Positions 57,472-64,000 of a stretch of DNA of 64,000 nucleotides are shown one piece after another. The DNA is taken from sequence record AP017925.1. One strand, 5' to 3'. Both the position numbers and the translations under genes were made by a program. Under the pieces are notes generated by a model. That model was given only the letters and a program-made list of their open reading frames with translations, was not told the origin of the DNA and ran no database searches. Numbering within the stretch: position 1 is the stretch's first letter; each line of letters starts with the position of its first letter.

Positions 57472-57990
57472 ATGAGCGAAGTAACTCATGTGCCCGAAGC
57501 GGCACAATCGGGGGGAATGCCCCCGATGTCCGATGATGATGTATTGGCCTTTACGCGGGGCGTCCGCGTGAAGGTCGTCAAACAACTGGTGACCGAAGTC
57601 GGTTGCAGCTCCGACAACTCTGACCGCAACCTGCTGGTCAACATGCTGAACGGTCTGGACAACCAAGCAATCAACAGCAAGAAGATTGCCGCCGACCAGA
57701 AAAACAACGACAACATGGCTGCAGTCGTGGCGGAAATGCTGCGCACTGTCAACAAGCAGACGGCTTTCACCATTCCTACGAACGGCGAAGTCATCGACGT
57801 CGATGTGTCGACACGTGTCGTTGGTCACGAAGTCGCCGACATTCCGGCACTGCCTGGCGAGATGGACGTATCCCCTCCCCAGTTGGACTATGCTACCTTC
57901 GTGCGCTCGCAAGGTAAGGACATTGACCAACTCGGGAAGAACGTCAAGCACGACGAGGCAGTCGTAGATCCCGACGACGATTTGCCTTAA
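57472..57990 (+). CDS. Hypothetical protein (lone + strand gene)
   Basis: GAGGTG SD; helical N-half and acidic C-half; stop overlaps a convergent gene. Confidence 0.75.
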   Translation: MSEVTHVPEAAQSGGMPPMSDDDVLAFTRGVRVKVVKQLVTEVGCSSDNSDRNLLVNMLNGLDNQAINSKKIAADQKNNDNMAAVVAEMLRTVNKQTAFTIPTNGEVIDVDVSTRVVGHEVADIPALPGEMDVSPPQLDYATFVRSQGKDIDQLGKNVKHDEAVVDPDDDLP

Positions 57991-58958
57991 AGCAGTTCAA
58001 ACGCTTCAGTAAGATCCACATCAGGCAAGGGAGTTTCTCGGATACGTTCTGCCTTCGGGTAGTTCGTATCCAGAAACTCTTCTATGTCGTTTTGCGTTAC
58101 AGCGACACGACTAGCCACTTCGGCAGCGTTCTCTTTCCTGATGGCCTCGTGGATCGAGAACAGCGAAACCGGCATGTGCTTCAGACGGAACAACCGAGCA
58201 CAGATTGCCTCAGTCATCTTGAACGGACTCTGCTTCTTCAGATCCAATCTATCGATGTCATCCATCGTCGGCACCGAATCGTAGAAGATCTCCGGTACTA
58301 CGATGGTCATGCCAGGAATACCATTCTCTTCGAAGAACGCCTTGTGCTTATCGCACCAGTCGATCCAGTTGTACCGGATCATGATCTGGAAGTTCTTGTT
58401 GCAGAACTCAGGCGTCAGGTCCTCGTTAGGAATCGACACGATGCGCACACTGGAGGTCGAGTAGGTATGGAAACGGATGCAACCAATCAGCATCTCTACC
58501 AGCTCAGCGTCTTTGAAGTCATACGGCCACACGTTCACCGTGAAGCACATCTTCTCCACTTTCTGCTGCACCACCGCTTGCAACAGACTGTCCTTGATCA
58601 GACGGCGTAAGAAATACACCAAATTGGTCAGTACAGACTGCTTCAGTGTATCGATGTTCCGCTTGGCGTAAGCCTCACGAAACACCTGCTTAGGAACATC
58701 GTCAAACTCGTCGATCATCCGCTTATGATAGCGGCCGGAGTTGAGCGCTGACACGGCATGTTCCGTACCCATTTGGGCTAGTGTGCCCAGACGGGTGTCC
58801 AGAATGGTGTCAAGATCGAAATAGATGTTCTCGGTATCAGCGGGATGGTCACCAGCCTCACCGAGAATCATGCTAGTCATGCCGGTCGTGTTGCCGTCAG
58901 CTGCTTCAGCCGTGGGCTGCGGCGTTGACTCGACGATTGAATGCGCGGAGTTCGTCAT
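57987..58958 (-). CDS. HAD-like protein (start 58958 or 58880)
   Basis: YFDLDTILDT resembles HAD motif I. Confidence 0.55.
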   Translation of the reverse strand: MTNSAHSIVESTPQPTAEAADGNTTGMTSMILGEAGDHPADTENIYFDLDTILDTRLGTLAQMGTEHAVSALNSGRYHKRMIDEFDDVPKQVFREAYAKRNIDTLKQSVLTNLVYFLRRLIKDSLLQAVVQQKVEKMCFTVNVWPYDFKDAELVEMLIGCIRFHTYSTSSVRIVSIPNEDLTPEFCNKNFQIMIRYNWIDWCDKHKAFFEENGIPGMTIVVPEIFYDSVPTMDDIDRLDLKKQSPFKMTEAICARLFRLKHMPVSLFSIHEAIRKENAAEVASRVAVTQNDIEEFLDTNYPKAERIRETPLPDVDLTEAFELL

Positions 58959-59556
58959 AGGTGTAAGTCCTACCCCACAGGGCGATAAAGATGAACATGA
59001 TGAGCCAGTTGTTTGCCAGCAACAGATCTCTCATGTTTTCTGGCGTGAACATACGTTCAGTAAGTTCGGTCGGCACCAGACACAGGTCCTTCTTGACATC
59101 CTTGCCACCAGTTACAGTACAGGTCAAGGATTCAGCGATGTTGCTGATCAGCTCCGTCCAGAAAGCCTGGAACTCACCAAACTGAGAGAAGAACTGCACT
59201 TGCAACGTGAACAGAAACTCGCGCAACACAGCGTCCTGGTTATAGAACACCATGTTCGTAACGTAGTCGATGCCTTGCTGCGTACCGAGCGATTCCATCG
59301 CTACATTGCACACCTGCTTGAGCATGATGTCGACCGCAGCATACGTGTCGCGATAGACCCACACCGTGCGATTCAGTGCATGGACAAAGATCTGTTCAGC
59401 TGCCAAAGCGAAGTTCTGCTTGTTGGAGAACGCGACTTGCATCCCTCTCGGCATCTCAGGCTTCAGCAGCGAAGTCAAGCCGGGAGTGTGCAGGGGATTT
59501 TTCTTTTCTTCCGGCATAACGGGAGCTGCGCCGGGAGTAGTTTGTTGTTCGCTCAT
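58906..59556 (-). CDS. Hypothetical protein, probably two C-terminal hydrophobic segments
   Basis: 216 aa; abuts the gp149-like gene. Confidence 0.7.
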   Translation of the reverse strand: MSEQQTTPGAAPVMPEEKKNPLHTPGLTSLLKPEMPRGMQVAFSNKQNFALAAEQIFVHALNRTVWVYRDTYAAVDIMLKQVCNVAMESLGTQQGIDYVTNMVFYNQDAVLREFLFTLQVQFFSQFGEFQAFWTELISNIAESLTCTVTGGKDVKKDLCLVPTELTERMFTPENMRDLLLANNWLIMFIFIALWGRTYTYDELRAFNRRVNAAAHG

Positions 59557-59557
59557 C

Positions 59558-60232
59558 TTAGATACCCGTGTTCGAAATGTGCATAGCTGTCAGCAACGTC
59601 GAGAGCGACTGGACAGCCTTGACCTTCGTACCGAGAGCACCCACTGCGTTAAGTGAGACACCGCCGGTATTAGCGATCATGTTGTTCATGGCGTTGAACC
59701 CTTGCAGGTCACCACCGCGGAATTTGAAGAACTCAGCGATCGTTTCATCGAAACCACCCAGCGCCGCCAGAATCTGCAGCTCGGGCCAAGAGATCTTCGA
59801 ACCCTTCGACTTACCAGTCGGCTGACCAGTAAAGGTATCAATGGAACGGTTGTCTTCAGGAATCGAGATCTTCTTGATCAGGAACTGCGCTTGACGCTTG
59901 AGCGGCAGATCCACGATCAGGTACTTGTCGTTGGACAGGTAAGCCGGAGAACCGTTCTGCGGGTCCATCCAGATGGATTCGAAGAAGTTGTGTCCCCACT
60001 TCTCAGCCACATCGAGGTTGCGTTCTACGTCCAGCGTAATGGAACCCAGTTCCGGAACGATCAGCGCCAGCTGTCGCGTGCCGGATTCCAGATCCAAGAT
60101 CCATTGGTCAAACTCTTTGTCAGGCATCCCTTTGAAGATGTCCTGATAAATCTTGGTGTTTTCACTCCCGGGGAGAATGGCCTCGATGCAATTGATCAGT
60201 TCATTCTCCGCGGCTTTACGGTTGCCGTGCAT
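59558..60232 (-). CDS. Virion RNAP beta C-terminal subunit (gp149-like)
   Basis: TGQPTGKSKGSKISWPELQILAALG..EFFKFRGGD parallels the RpoB C-terminal QPLGGKAQFGGQRFGEME..KSDD region. Confidence 0.85.
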   Translation of the reverse strand: MHGNRKAAENELINCIEAILPGSENTKIYQDIFKGMPDKEFDQWILDLESGTRQLALIVPELGSITLDVERNLDVAEKWGHNFFESIWMDPQNGSPAYLSNDKYLIVDLPLKRQAQFLIKKISIPEDNRSIDTFTGQPTGKSKGSKISWPELQILAALGGFDETIAEFFKFRGGDLQGFNAMNNMIANTGGVSLNAVGALGTKVKAVQSLSTLLTAMHISNTGI

Positions 60233-60250
60233 GTCTTTTCCCTAATCGAA

Positions 60251-60703
60251 CTATTGACGAGCCGCGAATTTCTTCTCGCGCTTTCGGCGCTGATAATCGA
60301 TCCACCACTCGTCTGGTTTAACTGACACAAGAAAGACGTTGTTAATGCCCATCTTTATTGTGTTGTCGATCATCTCCTTGGTGCCTTTGGATTCTCCATC
60401 CCAAAACACCAACAAGTGCGTGAGAGCGGTACGCATCTCAGCGTTGCGGATGTGACCGGCAGCTTTACCAAGTTCATCCCACTTAGCCGGGAACTTGAAG
60501 CATGGCTCACCGTTCTCTTCCGCCCAATCGACGATCATACGATCGGGGCCTCTCCAAGCATCGCCAGAAATAAAGGCATAAGGTTTATCTCGACCGGCCC
60601 AAGCAATGTAAGCCCGCACAGCAAGGTCGAACACTATTGGGTCGTGCCAAGACCTGCTCCCAGCGACACAGATGCGAACCGGATAGTCAGAAAGTTCTTT
60701 CAT
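60251..60703 (-). CDS. YspA/DUF2493 SLOG-family protein
   Basis: RICVAGSR, ISGDAWRGPD, WDELGKAAGHIRNAEM and FWDGESKGT motifs; start 60703 or 60760. Confidence 0.85.
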   Translation of the reverse strand: MKELSDYPVRICVAGSRSWHDPIVFDLAVRAYIAWAGRDKPYAFISGDAWRGPDRMIVDWAEENGEPCFKFPAKWDELGKAAGHIRNAEMRTALTHLLVFWDGESKGTKEMIDNTIKMGINNVFLVSVKPDEWWIDYQRRKREKKFAARQ

Positions 60704-60754
60704 GATGTTGTCAGGTCCAATTTTTACATATAAAAGACCAGTACGGTAATTTCC

Positions 60755-60803
60755 CGACATAAGAGAGAGTAGAGGCCCAAAGGCCTCTACTCTCGCTATG
60801 CCG
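60755..60803. terminator. Symmetric hairpin element after phoH
   Basis: CGACATAAG-stem-CTATGCCG. Confidence 0.75.
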
Positions 60804-60811
60804 TAACTTGA

Positions 60812-61585
60812 TTAAGCAGCTTTCGCGTACTTGCGACGATAGGCCTTGACGACCTCGCGCACCAGCGGATCACGGGTGATTTCGCTTTCGTCGAACTCGT
60901 GGAATGACGCAACATGCGAGTTTCGGAAAAGCTCTACTGCCTCATCGAGCCCGTTCTCCTTGTGTTTGGGCAGGTCAGATTGATCCGCGTCACCGTTAAT
61001 GATCAGACGACTGCCCTGACCAGCCCGAGTCAGGAACATCTTCATCTGACCAGGCGTGGTGTTCTGCGCTTCATCCAAGATGACGATAGCGTTGCGGAAA
61101 GTCGAGCCACGCATTCTCATCAGCGGCTTGGCAACGATCAAACCACGCTCACGGTACGATTTGACCTTTTGCTTGCCAAGTTTGCCCTCCAGTACCTCGA
61201 TGAACGGAGAGATCCAAGCTTCAAACTTCTCCTCCTCGGTGCCGGGCAAGAACCCCATATCTTCATCACAGCCAACCATCGGTCGGGTGATAATGATGCG
61301 TTCGATTTCTCCCTTGAGCAACTGCTCAGCTGCGTAACTGGTCGGCACAAAGGTTTTGCCAGTGCCGGCAGGGCCAATCAAGAACAGCAGACGAATGGCT
61401 TCATTGTCCAGATTGTCAATGATGCGCTGCTGTTTGGGATTTCGTGCAGTTAGCGGACCAAAAATCGGTTTGTTCGAACGATATTCTTCTCGCGCCTCAG
61501 CATCCAGCTGTGCGTCGTGCAGAAATCGTTGATCAGCGGCTTGGCGAGCACGCTTGGATTTGGTCTTAACGTTGGTATCACGCAT
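60812..61585 (-). CDS. phoH: PhoH-like ATPase
   Basis: GPAGTGKT, IIITRP, LGFLPG-like MGFLPG, MRGSTF, ILDEAQN and GDADQSD motifs. Confidence 0.95.
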   Translation of the reverse strand: MRDTNVKTKSKRARQAADQRFLHDAQLDAEAREEYRSNKPIFGPLTARNPKQQRIIDNLDNEAIRLLFLIGPAGTGKTFVPTSYAAEQLLKGEIERIIITRPMVGCDEDMGFLPGTEEEKFEAWISPFIEVLEGKLGKQKVKSYRERGLIVAKPLMRMRGSTFRNAIVILDEAQNTTPGQMKMFLTRAGQGSRLIINGDADQSDLPKHKENGLDEAVELFRNSHVASFHEFDESEITRDPLVREVVKAYRRKYAKAA

Positions 61586-61662
61586 GAGAGAACCCGCTTC
61601 TTAGAAGTTAGAAGAAAGTGGCTACTGCCGAGTTGGAATTATTCCTTACTCACAAGATGATT

Positions 61663-61694
61663 GCGGCATAAAAGCGAGGGGTTTCCCCCTCGCT
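61663..61694 (-). terminator. Terminator with TTTTATGCCGC tail upstream of phoH
   Basis: AGCGAGGGG/CCCCTCGCT stem with a GAAA loop on the minus strand. Confidence 0.75.
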
Positions 61695-61713
61695 AATATC
61701 CTATTAAAAAGGA

Positions 61714-61899
61714 TTAATCCGACGAGCCAGAAGAAGGCTTCCCATACAGGAGATCCATCCTTGCCGTCCATCGCTCGCGCATCTCGGGACTCGCATAGTC
61801 GGGATGAAGTTGTCGAGGAAGAGCATTGATCCTAAGACTAGATTGCTCATCCACGAGAACTACGCCGCCTGTCGGTAAAACCTCCTCCCGCAAAGCCAT
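61714..61899 (-). CDS. Small hypothetical protein, translationally coupled
   Basis: TAATG stop-start overlap with the upstream gene; ends before a terminator. Confidence 0.5.
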   Translation of the reverse strand: MALREEVLPTGGVVLVDEQSSLRINALPRQLHPDYASPEMRERWTARMDLLYGKPSSGSSD

Positions 61900-62786
61900 T
61901 AGGCTTCCGGTTCGGTCGAAGAAGGGCGCGCGTCCTGCTCTTCTTCATCGCGACTTTCGAGGTGAGGAGCAGGCTCGAAGATCTCCGGAACTTCAGGAAT
62001 CTGACCCCAGGTAGCCGGTTTCCCGCCGGCCGGCAGCGGCGAACCTTCCGGCAGCACTGCGACTTCATCGGACGGAACGAAACCCGGAACCGGAGCATCC
62101 GGCGGCAGTTCGTCCCACGGCGGAGTCCCGCTGGTAGCGTCGCTGAACAGCGCAGTCAGCGGCAGCAGGTAGTGCACACTCGGCTCGTTGGCGAAGCGCC
62201 ACTCGATACAGCTGGCGCCGTTACGATGCACTTTGCAGAAGACCAGATCGCCGAGAGCGAGTTCCGCGTTGGAATTCGGATCGTCTCTGAAAGTACGTAC
62301 GACAGCTTTCTCTTCTTCCGATAAGCTCAAGGTGCCGTCGTATTCCTTGATCGCGGGCGCTTCGACACGCCTGCCTTTCTTGTCGAACTGGTTCATCAGC
62401 CAAGGCACCACACCTTGGTCAACCAGCGCAGTCCACTGAATGCTGGTGATGCCGTCAGCCAGCAACATGCGCGGCGAGATGTTTTCGCGATCTGGCACTT
62501 CAGCCAGATACAGGCGCAGAGCACGGTTGGCGAAGAAGATGCGGTCCTTCTCGTTGTCAGCCGTTTCGGCGCGCGGGTCGATGCCCTTGTACCAAGCGGT
62601 CGGGTTGGGGTAGCCGGCGTTGTGCAGCGCGTTGGTCAGGTAGTCAACCGGGTTGAAAGTGGGTGCTGCTGCTTCTTCAGCAACCGGTGCAGCAGCTTCG
62701 GCGCTTTCAGCCGGAGCTGCCTCGTTCATTTCGGCCTGGATAGCGGCGAGTTCTTCGGGGGAGTGGAAATTGTTCGGATCTTGCAT
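61899..62786 (-). CDS. Acidic Ala/Pro-rich hypothetical protein
   Basis: 295 aa; biased codons; low-complexity ends around a central domain. Confidence 0.75.
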   Translation of the reverse strand: MQDPNNFHSPEELAAIQAEMNEAAPAESAEAAAPVAEEAAAPTFNPVDYLTNALHNAGYPNPTAWYKGIDPRAETADNEKDRIFFANRALRLYLAEVPDRENISPRMLLADGITSIQWTALVDQGVVPWLMNQFDKKGRRVEAPAIKEYDGTLSLSEEEKAVVRTFRDDPNSNAELALGDLVFCKVHRNGASCIEWRFANEPSVHYLLPLTALFSDATSGTPPWDELPPDAPVPGFVPSDEVAVLPEGSPLPAGGKPATWGQIPEVPEIFEPAPHLESRDEEEQDARPSSTEPEA

Positions 62787-62855
62787 GATGGTATTTGAGT
62801 CGATGGTTGGTTGAGAGAGACGAGAGAGCCTAAGCCCTCCCGCTGCGATTACTTC

Positions 62856-64000
62856 TTACACCTTGGTCGGAGGCTTCGGCTGAGCCTTCGACAAGTCGAT
62901 CTTGGCCTTCTGTTCAGCGGTGAACCAGTACGGAATGTACTCGCCAGTGCGCATGCGCATGAAGTCGAAGGTCGACAGGAAAGGAATGTCCTCGTGAATG
63001 CCCTCAGGAGCCCACCAGCCGCGAGTTTCGAGCAGCACCTTCCAGTCGTACCCCATGGCGATCAGATCGTCGTAGAGTTCCTTAGGAGTGCACAGATACT
63101 CGGGAGAGATGTCGTGCCACAGATAGGTGATCTGCAACATTTCGGCTGCGAGGTTCAAGCCGCGCTGCAGTTCAGGGTGTGCGTCGATCTTGCGACGTAC
63201 TGCGGTACGCGAAAGAGCGATGTCCGGACAGAACTCCAGATAGTAGTTCTGTACGTTGCCACCCAGGCCCCAGCGCTTTTCTTCTTTGATGAAGTGGAAC
63301 TCGCTCAACGACGGCAGCACGCCTTCTTGCTGCGATACGATCAGGCGCACAGCCATACCGGATGGGCCGGACTTACTGCGCAGCTGACGCACCGTCACTT
63401 CGTTCAGGTCGGTGTCGCCAGTGAGGTCGTCGTCCTTGTCGCGCGGGTATTCCGGCGCCTTGGTGGTCTGGTTGCGCAGCGGTGCAGCGTTATAGCAGTG
63501 CCAGCAGTTGTTCATCACGAACGTGAACTTCTCGGGTACGCCTTTGAGTTTCACGCCACCCTGCAAGTGTTGCAGCTTCTTCGGCGGCGGATTACGCGGG
63601 TCCATCGAGAATTCGTTACCGATGTGCGCGGTCATCATCACGTAAGTGTAGGAGCCACCGGACAAAGCCGGTACTTCCATCAGGAAGCGGTTCTTTTGCA
63701 GACCCTGCCGCATGGAAACGGTGTTAGCACCGGATTCACCGAGAGAGTTCTCGTCCTGCATCTTGATCACGTCTTGCGTGACGAATTCCGACATCGAGTC
63801 GACTTCGATCAGAGTCGGCTGGATGATCTTCAGCGGATTGCCGTTGCGATCAAGGAACGGAGACTGGATGGAATATTTGCTCTTGTCCTTGATCTTCATG
63901 TTCATGAAGTCTTTAACGGTGTCGTACCACTGGTCGCCGTGATACACCGTTTTATCAGTGATCTGCCAGCGACCGGATTCGATCACGTCCTCACCCTTGA
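62856..64000 (-). CDS. uvsX: RecA/UvsX-like recombinase (gp152-like), 5' end outside the window
   Basis: Walker B LIEVDSMSEF, MMTAHIG, KGVPEKF and RSKSGPSG motifs; frame is open to the window edge. Confidence 0.8.
   Translation of the reverse strand, partial: KGEDVIESGRWQITDKTVYHGDQWYDTVKDFMNMKIKDKSKYSIQSPFLDRNGNPLKIIQPTLIEVDSMSEFVTQDVIKMQDENSLGESGANTVSMRQGLQKNRFLMEVPALSGGSYTYVMMTAHIGNEFSMDPRNPPPKKLQHLQGGVKLKGVPEKFTFVMNNCWHCYNAAPLRNQTTKAPEYPRDKDDDLTGDTDLNEVTVRQLRSKSGPSGMAVRLIVSQQEGVLPSLSEFHFIKEEKRWGLGGNVQNYYLEFCPDIALSRTAVRRKIDAHPELQRGLNLAAEMLQITYLWHDISPEYLCTPKELYDDLIAMGYDWKVLLETRGWWAPEGIHEDIPFLSTFDFMRMRTGEYIPYWFTAEQKAKIDLSKAQPKPPTKV

Noticed and set aside
60704-60760. SLOG start at 60760 (and the 7699 start) as annotated by the ORF track
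   Set aside because: These ATGs are the TATG of the hairpin element and lack an SD; downstream starts are preferred, though leaderless translation is not excluded.

Overview
This window is part of a phiKZ-like jumbo phage genome (Chimalliviridae-type, probably nucleus-forming). GC is low-to-mid 50s percent by eye. From left to right it holds: a Nudix hydrolase; the gp50-type family B DNA polymerase half; a head protein with protease-type cleavage motifs; small orphan genes; the tubulin PhuZ; an accessory orphan block; large terminase; gp26/27/28-like structural genes; tail sheath and tube; the prohead protease; four of the five virion RNA polymerase subunits (gp176-, gp178-, gp180- and gp149-like); a 2.5-kaa gp181-like tail protein; a gp182-like tail protein; RyR, NADAR, HAD-like, SLOG and PhoH genes; and a RecA/UvsX gene that runs off the right end. 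I found no tRNA, CRISPR array, intron, intein or transposase. phiKZ gp numbers come from remembered motifs and synteny, not from a database search. Most notable observations: (1) about 25 intergenic hairpins carry a conserved TATGCCG-type flank, which may couple termination to late promoters, some pointing antisense; (2) a ParB-like domain is fused to the catalytic vRNAP subunit behind A-x-E cleavage motifs; (3) the tail protein carries both an SLT domain and a Cys/His DUF5675 domain; (4) a 550-bp array of about 12 hairpins and several candidate structured RNAs; (5) stand-alone NADAR, SLOG and RyR genes that are candidate counter-defence proteins.
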